A DNA stretch of 64,000 nt, taken from NCBI GenBank assembly GCA_963842525.1, contig CAWJGT010000019.1, forward strand, positions 128,001 through 192,000, written 5' to 3'. The notes under the pieces were generated by a model. It made no database searches, was not told the DNA's origin, and saw only the letters and a list, made by a program, of their open reading frames with translations. The translations under genes were made by a program, and so were the position numbers. Source of the stretch: an uncultured Holophagales bacterium. Lineage in GTDB: Bacteria > Acidobacteriota > Thermoanaerobaculia > Multivoradales > UBA5704. Below are positions 20,622-29,109 of the stretch, piece after piece; position 1 is the first letter of the stretch, and every line of letters begins with the position of its first letter.

Positions 20622-23180
20622 ATGCGCAATTTCATCGTACGGACCCTGATCCTGCTGCTCGCGCTTGCCCCGCTGGCCGGCTGCGCCAGCCAACAGGCCT
20701 ATCGCAAGGCGGAGATCGCCGCCCAGAGCGAGGACTGGGATCAGGCCGTGCTGCACTATCTGAAGGCCCTGCAGGATGATCCGGACAACATCACCTACAA
20801 GGCCGCCCTGATGCGGGCCAAGATCAAGGCCTCCCAGGCCCACTTCGAGCAGGGCCAGGACTTCGAGAAGGCCGGCGTGACCGAGCGCGCCCTGGTGGAA
20901 TACCAGCAGGCCGTGCAGCTCGACCCGACCAATCAATATGCCAAGGCCCAGCTCGAGCACGTCCGCCAGGCCTATCTCGCGCAGAGGCAGGGCCGCGAGG
21001 GGGGCACGATCGACCAGATGAAAAAGCGGGCGCAGGCGGCGCGGCCGCAGCCGCCGGTCCTCAACCCGCGCTCGAACAATCCGATCTCGCTGGAGTTCCC
21101 CGAGCCGGTGCCGATCTTCCAGATCTACCGCTCGCTGGGCAAGGCGTTCGGGATCAACATCCTGTTCGATCCGAACCTCAAGGACCAGGAGATCAACATC
21201 GAGCTCAAGGACGTGACCGCGCAGACCTCGCTCGAGACCCTGATGCGCGCCGCCGGCCACTTCTACAAAGTCCTCGACGAGCACACCATCCTGATCGCCG
21301 CCGACACGCCGCAGAACCGGCGCCTCTACGAGGACCTCGTCATCCAGAACTTCTTCCTCTCGAATGCAGAGGTGAAGGACATGATGTCGATCCTCCGCTC
21401 GCTGGTCGACGCCAAGAAGATCGCCACCAACGACCAGCTCAACGCCATCATCGTGCGCGACACCGCCGACAAGGTGAAGGTCGCCGAGCGGCTCATCGAG
21501 GCCAACGACAAGTCCAAGGCCGAGGTGGTGATCGACGTCGAGCTGCTGCAGATCAACAGCGGCCGGTTGCGCGACCTGGGAGTGAGCCTGTCGTCGTACT
21601 CGATCGGCCAGAGCCTCGACCGCGACGAGCAGAACCCGCTGCGGGTGTCGGACATCCCGTTCCTGAACCAGGCGGATTGGATCCTCTCGATCCCCAATTT
21701 CGTCTACAACTTCATCAAGAACAGCACCGAGGCGCAGCTCCTCGCCAAGCCGCAGCTCCGCATCACCGAAGGGGAAAAGGCGAGCCTGATCATCGGCGAC
21801 AAGGTGCCGATCCCGCTGACCACGTTCAACACCCAGAACGCGGGCGGCCAGGGCGGCATCGTCCCCATCACCTCGTTCCAGTACCAGGACGTGGGTATCC
21901 GCATAGAGCTCGAGCCACGGGTCCACCACAACCAGGAGATCACCCTCAAGGTCAAGGTCGACGTGAGCAACATCACCGGCTTCGTCGAGGCCGCGGCCGG
22001 GCAGCGGCAGCCGACGATCGGCACCCGCTCCTTCGACTCGACGATCCGCCTCCAGGACGGCGAGACCAACTTCCTGGCGGGCCTGATCCGCACCGACGAG
22101 ACCAGCAGCGAGAACGGCATCCCGGGGCTCTCCGAGATCCCGATCCTGGGACGGCTCTTCTCCAACAAGCGCAACGAGAGCCAGCGGACCGACGTCATCC
22201 TCACCCTGACGCCGCACATCATCCGCAATGCCGAGATCACCGAGGAAGACCTGCAGCCGATCTGGGTCGGCACCGAGGCGAACATCACGTTCCGGGGCGG
22301 CAGCCCGCGGGTCGAGTCGGACGTCGAGGGCCCGTTCGAGGGCGACGAGGGGACGCCCGAGGAGGTGCAGGACGCGATCCGGCGCCGCCTCCAGCGCCTG
22401 CCCCGCGGCCTCCAGCCGGGCGAGAGCGAGGAAGAGGTGCCGATCGAGGAGGAGGTGCCGGAGGAGCCGCCCACGGGCATGGAGCTGGTCCCGGCCGCGC
22501 CGCCGAGCGACATCTTCCGGCCGCCGGTCCCGGAAGAGCCGCCTCCCATGGAGGAGGAGCCGCCGCCGGCGGCGGAGGGCGGCGTCGTCTCGTCGGGCAA
22601 CGCTTCGGGCACGGCGCGGCTCGACGGAGTCCGGTTGGCTGGTTTCCGTGTGCCAGCACAACCCGCGGCGCTGCCGGCCGGGGGTGTCGCCCTGGCGGCC
22701 CGCCGTCCGGCGGCGGTCCGGCTCTGGATGGCGCCGTCGCGGCTCGCCGTGGCGCCCGGGGAACGCTTCGAGGTGACCGTCGAGGTGGAGGCCGGCCGGC
22801 CGGTCTCCCATCTGCCGCTCACGCTCACCTACGACCCGGCGGTGCTCGCGGTCGAGAAGGTCGAGCCTGGAGACTTCCTGGGCGAGCCGGGGGCCGCGCA
22901 GGTGCTGGCGGACACCGGGCGACCCGGCGAAGTGACGCTGGGGGCGAGCCGCCTGGGCGAGGTGCCGGCGGTCTCCGGCGCCGGGACGCTGGCGCGGGTC
23001 ACCTTCCGGGCGCTGGCCCGCGGCACGGCCCGCATCGGCTTCGGCAACAGCCAGGCCCTCGATCCGGCGCTGCGTCCCGTCCTGCCCCTGCGGACCGCCC
23101 CGGCCATCATCGACGTGCGGAAGGACGTGAAGCCGCCGGAAAGGCCGCGTCCGCCGCAAAAGGGGGCCGTGGAAGTTTGA
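20622..23180 (+). CDS. Lipoprotein secretin (GspD/PilQ) with N-terminal TPR and C-terminal cohesin-like domain
   Basis: Lipobox LAGC; TPR helices; secretin motifs (LAKPQLR, IGDKVPI, YQDVGI, IPGLSEIPILGRLF, LTPHII); C-terminal LTYDPAVL.V..V..GDFL…SGAGTLARVTFRA cohesin-type pattern. Confidence 0.88.
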   Translation: MRNFIVRTLILLLALAPLAGCASQQAYRKAEIAAQSEDWDQAVLHYLKALQDDPDNITYKAALMRAKIKASQAHFEQGQDFEKAGVTERALVEYQQAVQLDPTNQYAKAQLEHVRQAYLAQRQGREGGTIDQMKKRAQAARPQPPVLNPRSNNPISLEFPEPVPIFQIYRSLGKAFGINILFDPNLKDQEINIELKDVTAQTSLETLMRAAGHFYKVLDEHTILIAADTPQNRRLYEDLVIQNFFLSNAEVKDMMSILRSLVDAKKIATNDQLNAIIVRDTADKVKVAERLIEANDKSKAEVVIDVELLQINSGRLRDLGVSLSSYSIGQSLDRDEQNPLRVSDIPFLNQADWILSIPNFVYNFIKNSTEAQLLAKPQLRITEGEKASLIIGDKVPIPLTTFNTQNAGGQGGIVPITSFQYQDVGIRIELEPRVHHNQEITLKVKVDVSNITGFVEAAAGQRQPTIGTRSFDSTIRLQDGETNFLAGLIRTDETSSENGIPGLSEIPILGRLFSNKRNESQRTDVILTLTPHIIRNAEITEEDLQPIWVGTEANITFRGGSPRVESDVEGPFEGDEGTPEEVQDAIRRRLQRLPRGLQPGESEEEVPIEEEVPEEPPTGMELVPAAPPSDIFRPPVPEEPPPMEEEPPPAAEGGVVSSGNASGTARLDGVRLAGFRVPAQPAALPAGGVALAARRPAAVRLWMAPSRLAVAPGERFEVTVEVEAGRPVSHLPLTLTYDPAVLAVEKVEPGDFLGEPGAAQVLADTGRPGEVTLGASRLGEVPAVSGAGTLARVTFRALARGTARIGFGNSQALDPALRPVLPLRTAPAIIDVRKDVKPPERPRPPQKGAVEV

Positions 23181-23217
23181 GCCGCCGCGCCCTGTTGGAC
23201 CTGAAGGAAAGGAAGAG

Positions 23218-23694
23218 ATGATGAAGAGCTTGTCGCGGCCCCGTTCCCAAGCGGGATTCACCCTGGCCGAGCTGGTCATGGTCGCGGCGGTCCTGACACT
23301 GCTCGCGGCCGTGACCCTGCCGGTCGCCAAGTTCACGTCGCGGCGCATGAAGGAGATGGAGCTGCGGGCGGCGCTGCGCGACATGCGCGCCGCCATCGAC
23401 GAATACAAGCGGTACAGCGACAACGGTCTGATCCCGGTGGACCTCGGCACGCAAGGCTATCCGGCCAAGCTGGAAATCCTGGTGGAGGGGGTCGAAATCG
23501 TGGGCCAGATCGACAAAAAGCTCAAGCCCCTGCGCCGGATCCCGATCGATCCCATGACCGGAGAGCAGGAGTGGGGCCTGCGCAGCTACCAGGACGATTT
23601 CGACGCGACCTCCTGGGGCGGCGAGGACGTCTTTGACGTCTATTCCCTCTCCGGCGGCGTCGGCTTGAACAAGGTGCCCTACAGCCAATGGTGA
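23218..23694 (+). CDS. Pseudopilin (GspG-like), prepilin N-terminal methylation site
   Basis: G|FTLAELV prepilin motif; YP..LE.LV; LRRIPIDPMTG. Confidence 0.9.
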   Translation: MMKSLSRPRSQAGFTLAELVMVAAVLTLLAAVTLPVAKFTSRRMKEMELRAALRDMRAAIDEYKRYSDNGLIPVDLGTQGYPAKLEILVEGVEIVGQIDKKLKPLRRIPIDPMTGEQEWGLRSYQDDFDATSWGGEDVFDVYSLSGGVGLNKVPYSQW

Positions 23695-23708
23695 GAGAGG
23701 AGAGGTCC

Positions 23709-24119
23709 ATGCGGGAGCGCGGCTTCACGCTGCTCGAGCTGATCATCGTCATTGCGATCATCGGCATCCTGGCCACGATCGCCATGCCGGCCCTCAAGGA
23801 CGTGCCGCGGCGGGCCAACGAGGCGGTCCTCAAGACCAACCTCCACACCATGCGCGACGTCATCGACCAGCACTACGGAGACAAGGGCAAGTACCCGACA
23901 GGCCTGGAGCAGCTCGTCGAGGCGGGCTACCTGCGCAGGGTGCCGGTCGATCCCATCACCAAGCGCAACGACACCTGGATCTTCGAATACGAAGAGGTCG
24001 ACCCCGAGAACCCGGGTCCGGAAAGCGACGAGAACGAGGACGGCCAGCCCGGGATCACCGACGTCCACTCCGGCGCGCCGGGCAACTCGCTCGACGGCAC
24101 ACCCTACAGCGAATGGTGA
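23709..24119 (+). CDS. Pseudopilin (GspG-like major pilin)
   Basis: G|FTLLELIIV; GKYP..LEQLVEAGYLRRVPVDP. Alternative start at 23688. Confidence 0.9.
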   Translation: MRERGFTLLELIIVIAIIGILATIAMPALKDVPRRANEAVLKTNLHTMRDVIDQHYGDKGKYPTGLEQLVEAGYLRRVPVDPITKRNDTWIFEYEEVDPENPGPESDENEDGQPGITDVHSGAPGNSLDGTPYSEW

Positions 24120-24949
24120 TGCCCTCTCCCCCTGGCCCCCTCTCCCGCGCGTCCGCCGCTCCCCCTCCCCGAGCGGGAGAGGGGGAACGCGGCTACAACC
24201 TGGTCATGCTGATGGTCATCGTGACCCTGCTCAACGTCGCGCTGGCCGCCTCGCTGCCGCTGTGGAGCCACGTCATTCAGCGCGACAAGGAAGAGGAGCT
24301 GATCTCGCGCGGCTTCCAGTACGGGGAGGCCATCCGCGTCTTCCAGTTCCGCTTCCAGCGCCCGCCCATCCGCCTCGAAGAGCTGATCGAGGTCAAGCCG
24401 CGCTCCATCCGCCGCCTGTGGAAGGACCCCATGACCGAGGACGGCAAGTGGGGCATCATCCTCGTGGGACAGTCTCCCATTCTGACGCCGCAGCAGCCGG
24501 GTGAGGAGCAGCAGGAGGATCCGGACGGGCGCCGGCAGGAGGGCAACGAAGAAGAAGAGGGCTCCGTGTTCGGACCCAAGAAGGGCGAAGAGGTCATGGT
24601 CGGACCGATCCGCGGGGTCTACAGCAAGAGCGGCAAGAAGTCGATCATCCTCTTCAACGGCCGGGAGCGCTATGACGAGTGGCACTTCACGGTCGACATG
24701 ATCCCGGGGGCGCAGGGGATGGGCGGTGTGCCGCCGCCGAACGGCGTACCGCCTCCGGGCGGGCCGCAGATGGCGGGCGGGCAGTTCTCTCTGAGCACCC
24801 GCTGGGTCGGCCGGCCGTTCCCCGGCTTCCTCCAGCAGCCGCAAATACCCGATCCCGGAGGCATCGGCGGCAATCCGGTCGGCATCGATCCCGGCAAGCT
24901 CGGCCCGCGCCGCCCTCCGCAAAAGCCATCTCCCCAGGAACCGGAGTGA
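24113..24949 (+). CDS. Minor pseudopilin-like T2SS protein with REP-derived leader
   Basis: G|[10 protein letters not shown] hydrophobic segment; RDKEEEL..RG; RRLWKDPMT; IRGVYS.S. Confidence 0.75.
   Translation: MVMPSPPGPLSRASAAPPPRAGEGERGYNLVMLMVIVTLLNVALAASLPLWSHVIQRDKEEELISRGFQYGEAIRVFQFRFQRPPIRLEELIEVKPRSIRRLWKDPMTEDGKWGIILVGQSPILTPQQPGEEQQEDPDGRRQEGNEEEEGSVFGPKKGEEVMVGPIRGVYSKSGKKSIILFNGRERYDEWHFTVDMIPGAQGMGGVPPPNGVPPPGGPQMAGGQFSLSTRWVGRPFPGFLQQPQIPDPGGIGGNPVGIDPGKLGPRRPPQKPSPQEPE
24122..24186 (+). repeat. Family-1 palindromic repeat (CCCTCNCCCC..CCCCTCTCCC...GGGAGAGGGG), in frame in the pseudopilin leader
   Basis: ccctctccccctggccccctctccc...gggagaggggga. Confidence 0.75.
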
Positions 24950-25395
24950 CCGGCGCGGTGCGGGTGCGGGTCAAGCGGCTTCCCGCCGCGCGGGATCTGC
25001 CCCTGCCCGCGGCGGCCTCTCCCGGCAGCTCCGGGTACGACCTGCGCGCCGCGGTCGAGGAGGACCTCGTGATCCGTCCCGGCGAGCGGATGCTGGTGCC
25101 GACCGGGCTCGTGCTGGAGATCCCGGCCGGCTGCGAGGGGCAGGTCCGGCCCCGCAGCGGCCTCGCCCTGCGCCACGGCCTCGGCGTGCTCAACGCCCCT
25201 GGCACCATCGACAGCGACTACCGCGGCGAGGTGGCGGTGATCCTGATCAACCTCGGCGAAGCTCCCTACACGGTCCGCCGCGGCGACCGCATCGCCCAAC
25301 TCGTCTTCGCCCGTGTCGAGCCGGTCGAATGGGAAGAAGCCGACGAGCTTGGCGGTAGCGACCGGGGTGGTGGGTTCGGGTCGACGGGGGTCTGA
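24946..25395 (+). CDS. dut: dUTP diphosphatase
   Basis: [32 protein letters not shown] and RGGGFGSTG motifs; GTGA overlap. Confidence 0.95.
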   Translation: MTGAVRVRVKRLPAARDLPLPAAASPGSSGYDLRAAVEEDLVIRPGERMLVPTGLVLEIPAGCEGQVRPRSGLALRHGLGVLNAPGTIDSDYRGEVAVILINLGEAPYTVRRGDRIAQLVFARVEPVEWEEADELGGSDRGGGFGSTGV

Positions 25396-25401
25396 TCCCG
25401 A

Positions 25402-25480
25402 TAGGATAGGCGCCATGAGACGCCTCGTCCCGCTCGTCCCGGCTGCCGCCTTCATCTTCCTCCTCGGCTCGTGCAGCTCC
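25402..25480 (+). repeat. 79-bp direct repeat, copy 1 (-10 element, start codon and lipoprotein signal)
   Basis: Matches 26792-26870 with 4 mismatches by manual alignment. Confidence 0.9.
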
Positions 25481-25705
25481 GTCGGGGATTACAATGCCTA
25501 CCAATTCAGCGACGGCTACGTCGACTCGCTCGGCACCATCCAGGGCACGCCCGTCCCGGCGAACGAAGTCGTGCTCCCGAGCACCGACCTCGTCGACCCG
25601 GACCTGACCAACGGTCGACATCGGGACCTGGAGCCGGCCCGTGCCCTGAGGCGGCGGGCTGGCGGCCAGCCAGCCGCTAGGGCGGCTTGCTGGCGACCAT
25701 ATTGA
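25415..25705 (+). pseudogene. Chimeric ORF: duplicated lipoprotein signal fused to a probable EEP-nuclease gene fragment
   Basis: MRRLVPLVPAAAFIFLLGSC followed by VGDYNAYQFSDGYVD..GTI.GTP, which resembles the GD(F/Y)N region of endonuclease/exonuclease/phosphatase domains, then unrelated sequence. Confidence 0.45.
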
Positions 25706-25777
25706 CGCGAAAGAAGACCAAGCCGTAGGATAGCTCAAGTCGATGAAGATGAAGAGCTCGCTCACCTGGAGATCTCT

Positions 25778-26002
25778 GTGCCCCGCCCGATCGAAGCCCT
25801 TGCGGAAGAAGTACTGCAGCTCCCATCTGATGCTCGGTCTCGGCTGCTAGATCGAGTCGTCGCCAGCCTCGACACAGACCGCGCGCGTGACGCGGCCTGG
25901 GATGCATTGGCTGCGCGTCGCGACGCCGAGATCGAATCGGGTGCAGCCGTCGCTGTCTCAGGACCCGAGGTCGTTGCACGACTTCGCGCTGAGCTCGAGT
26001 GA
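25778..26002 (+). CDS. Addiction-module antitoxin component (TIGR02574-like)
   Basis: LQLPSDARSRLLDRVVASLD…AW…RRDAEIESG…EVVARLR pattern; GTGA overlap with the toxin. Confidence 0.85.
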   Translation: MPRPIEALAEEVLQLPSDARSRLLDRVVASLDTDRARDAAWDALAARRDAEIESGAAVAVSGPEVVARLRAELE

Positions 26003-26274
26003 GCTACTCGCTACATCGCAGCGCCGAGCGGGACCTGACCGACGCATTCTGTTTTTACAAGACGGAGGCAGGACGCGGCGTCGCCGGAAGGTTTCTGAAG
26101 GAGTTTGAGCGCGTTGTGAAGATCCTCAAGGAGTTCCCAGATATCGGAACCCCGACGAATGACGAGCGTCGCGCCTACCCACTCAGCGGCTTTCCCTACT
26201 CCATCATCTACCGCTCGGTCGATGGAGATGTTCGGGTTCTCGATTGGGGTCTGATACGGCAGGCGCTGGAGTAA
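25999..26274 (+). CDS. ParE/RelE-family toxin, probably C-terminally truncated
   Basis: H..AERDLTDA..FY, FP.IG, FPYSIIY; the expected C-terminal (A/V)H..R.P.YW strand is replaced by DWGLIRQALE. Confidence 0.75.
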   Translation: MSYSLHRSAERDLTDAFCFYKTEAGRGVAGRFLKEFERVVKILKEFPDIGTPTNDERRAYPLSGFPYSIIYRSVDGDVRVLDWGLIRQALE

Positions 26275-26466
26275 TGTCCCGGGGCATTGGTTGGCCCTCA
26301 AAGCGGACTGCTGGTGGGTGATCTCCAGAATCGCGGACAGCAGTGCCGCGAGCTTGATCCGGAACGGCTCCAGATGGGAAAGCTCGTCCTTGTTGATCTC
26401 CAGCGCCTTCAGAAGGCGCTGCAAGATGCCGAGGATCCCCATATAGGTCCTCTCTTTCCTGGCCAT
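26275..26466 (-). pseudogene. Truncated helical hypothetical gene
   Basis: ATG 26466 after GGAG; MARKERTYMGILGILQRLLKALEINKDELSHLEPFRIKL…QQSALRA is amphipathic and helical, then breaks where it meets the toxin gene. Confidence 0.45.
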
Positions 26467-26791
26467 GATTCCTGCTCCTCTCTGAGCCCCGCAGGGCCCG
26501 GTCGTCCGGCGTCTCCATGACGCCGAGGGCAGGTTGCCCCAGGAATGCAAGACCTCAAAACGGGCCATCGGGCCAAGTTGGGTGTAAGTAATGAAATCTA
26601 CAGGAGTTAGATCGCTCACGAGGTGAGAAAAGTTGGACTGATGATCGCTCCAAGTTTCGACCCGGCTCTGCCGTGTCCATGAAATGGAACCCTCTTCTGG
26701 GACACTATCCACTGGACGTTCAACAGCTCCGGGCCTTGCAGCATGGTGTCGTGCCCGTCCGGTTGACCGCCTGAGGCAGGGTGAACCCCGT

Positions 26792-26870
26792 TAGGATAGG
26801 CGCCATGAGACGCCTCGTGCTGCTTGTCCCGGCTGCCGCCTTCATCCTCCTCCTCGGCTCGTGCAGCTCC
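26792..26870 (+). repeat. 79-bp direct repeat, copy 2 (5' end of the intact phosphodiesterase gene)
   Basis: See copy 1; offset 1390 bp. Confidence 0.9.
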
Positions 26871-28637
26871 ACCCCACCCGGCTCTCCAGCCGTCGGGCCC
26901 CGCCGGGTCCTCCTGCTGAGCCTCGACGGTGCGAGCGCCGAGGCTCTCCACCAGCTCTACCGCGAGGGGGCTCTCACCGCCGGGGGCTTCGCGCGTTTCT
27001 TCCAGAACGGACAGGTGGCGGACCGGCTCATCCCGGTGAACCCCACCCTCACCTCGGTCAACCACATCAGCCTGGCGACCGGTTTCGTCCCCGGCGCGAC
27101 CGGCATCGCCGGCAATCGCTTCCATCCGGCCGGCGCGCCGTTTCTCGACGTCGTGAGCGGCTTCGAGGCGCCGATCGAGACCGAGACGCTGTGGGAGGCG
27201 GCCCGCCGGCAGGGCAAACGGGTGGGCGTGACCACCTGGCCCGGCGCCGACAACAAGAACGAGCGCCGGCGCGGCGACTGGGGGATGATCTATGTCAACA
27301 ACCCGGACCGGGAGGCGGACCTTGAGGTCCTCGCCCGGAAGGACTGGCAGGAGCTGAACGGACCGGCGCCCGCGAGCTTCGCGCCCGCCCAGGCGGCACG
27401 AGTGCAGGTGGGTGGCAAGAAGCCGCAGGACTTCGAGCTGATCGCGGTCGACCGCACCGACGACGGCCGGACCGGCTATGACCGGCTGGTCGTGCGGACG
27501 GAAAGGGGCGCGGGGGAGCTGGTTCTGGGCGCCTGGAGCCGCGTCCCCTGTCCGGACCCCCAGCCGGGCCGCGAGGCGGAGACCGCGCCATGCTGGATCA
27601 AGCTCCTGCGGCTCACGCCCGACCTTGCAGACGTCCAGGTCTATTTCAACGGGGTCTACGGCAACCAGGCCTACCCGCAGGAGTTTCTGGGCGCCATCGA
27701 GCGGAGCGGCCTGCGCTGGCCCGGTGCGCCGGACGACGCCCTCCTCGACGACACCTGGAACGGTAAGCCGGGAATCGACCTCGAGACCTGGCTCGAGCAG
27801 TCGGAGCGCTTCACGGCTTTTTTCGGCGACAGCCTGCGGCTGGCGGCGGCCCGCCCGGACTGGGACCTGCTGATGGGCTACATACCGGTGATCGACGAGG
27901 CGGGGCACCAGTTCCTGCTCGCGGACCCGCGACAGAAAGGTTTTTCGGCGGCACGGCGCGATGAGCTTGCGGCGGCACGGCTGCGCGTCTGGCAGACGGT
28001 CGACCGCGAGCTGAACCGGCTGCTCGATGCTCTCGACCTGCGCAACACCGCCGTCGTCATCGTGAGCGACCACGGCATGCGGGCGGTCCATACCGCTTTC
28101 GATCCCAACGTGCTCCTGCGGGATTGGGGCCTCCTGACGGCAGACGAGAAGGGGCAGGTCGCGGACGGGACGCGGGTCTACGCGGTGAGCAACGGCGGGG
28201 TCTCGCATATCTACATCCGGCCCGACCTGCCGGGCGCGGAACGGGAGCGGCTCGTTGCCGACCTGCGCGAACGGCTCGCAGGCTGGACCCCCGGGACCGA
28301 AAAACCGACCGAAAAGCCCGTTGCCCAGATCCTCACTCGCGCCGAGCTCGGCCAGGTCGGTCTCGACCATCGCAACAGCGGCGATCTCGTCCTCCTCGCC
28401 GTGCCGGGGTGGGCCTTCGGTGGCGGCCTGCGGGAGGGGAAGGTCGTGCTGCCCTCGCCGGTCCATGGCATGCACGGCTACCGCAATGACGATCCGGCCA
28501 TGCACGGCATCTACCTGGCCGTGGGAGCGGGAATCCCCAAGGGGAACGCGGGCACGGTCCCCAACCCCGAGGTGGCCGGCCGAGTCGCGGCCTGGCTGGG
28601 GATCGAAAAACCGCAGGAACGGCCCCCGGTCCCCTGA
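26805..28637 (+). CDS. Alkaline phosphatase superfamily lipoprotein (nucleotide pyrophosphatase/phosphodiesterase)
   Basis: Lipobox LGSC; LLSLDG, PTLTSVNH.SLATG, DEAGH, IVSDHG and GMHGY motifs. Confidence 0.88.
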   Translation: MRRLVLLVPAAAFILLLGSCSSTPPGSPAVGPRRVLLLSLDGASAEALHQLYREGALTAGGFARFFQNGQVADRLIPVNPTLTSVNHISLATGFVPGATGIAGNRFHPAGAPFLDVVSGFEAPIETETLWEAARRQGKRVGVTTWPGADNKNERRRGDWGMIYVNNPDREADLEVLARKDWQELNGPAPASFAPAQAARVQVGGKKPQDFELIAVDRTDDGRTGYDRLVVRTERGAGELVLGAWSRVPCPDPQPGREAETAPCWIKLLRLTPDLADVQVYFNGVYGNQAYPQEFLGAIERSGLRWPGAPDDALLDDTWNGKPGIDLETWLEQSERFTAFFGDSLRLAAARPDWDLLMGYIPVIDEAGHQFLLADPRQKGFSAARRDELAAARLRVWQTVDRELNRLLDALDLRNTAVVIVSDHGMRAVHTAFDPNVLLRDWGLLTADEKGQVADGTRVYAVSNGGVSHIYIRPDLPGAERERLVADLRERLAGWTPGTEKPTEKPVAQILTRAELGQVGLDHRNSGDLVLLAVPGWAFGGGLREGKVVLPSPVHGMHGYRNDDPAMHGIYLAVGAGIPKGNAGTVPNPEVAGRVAAWLGIEKPQERPPVP

Positions 28638-28643
28638 TCCCTG

Positions 28644-29087
28644 CTATTTCTTCTTGTCCACGATCTCGGCCTGGAGAGGACCGATGGCGGCGAAGAGCTC
28701 TTCGCGCTCCTTGGGTCCGACCTTGAACTTGTCGAGGGTGGCGACCAGGTGCTTGACCGCGGTGTCCCAGTGCGCCTGGGTGATGCCCATACCCTTGTGC
28801 GAGGCCGTCATGCTGCGGCCGGTGTAATAGCACGGCCCGCCGCTCGCCTGGCAGAGCTGGTCGACCACGAGCTGGCGGATGCGCTGCAGCGACTCCGTGC
28901 TGTGGCCGGCGAAGAAGGGCCCGAGCTGCGGATCGCTCGCCATCCGGCCGATGAAGTCGTCGACCACGGCGGCGATGGCATCGTAGCCTCCCAGCCGCTT
29001 GTACAGGGAATCGTGGGCGGCCACGGGCATTGTCAGGCCGGCGATCCAGAGCAGCGCGGCCGTTGCGACGAGGATCTTCCTTTTCAT
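28644..29087 (-). CDS. Group I truncated hemoglobin with N-terminal signal peptide
   Basis: SLYKRLGG.DAI.AVVDDF, GGPC.YTGRSM..SH.GM.I; GGAGG RBS; signal MKRKILVATAALLWIAGL…VAA. Confidence 0.9.
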   Translation of the reverse strand: MKRKILVATAALLWIAGLTMPVAAHDSLYKRLGGYDAIAAVVDDFIGRMASDPQLGPFFAGHSTESLQRIRQLVVDQLCQASGGPCYYTGRSMTASHKGMGITQAHWDTAVKHLVATLDKFKVGPKEREELFAAIGPLQAEIVDKKK

Positions 29088-29109
29088 AGAGCCTCCTCCT
29101 TTCGAAACG

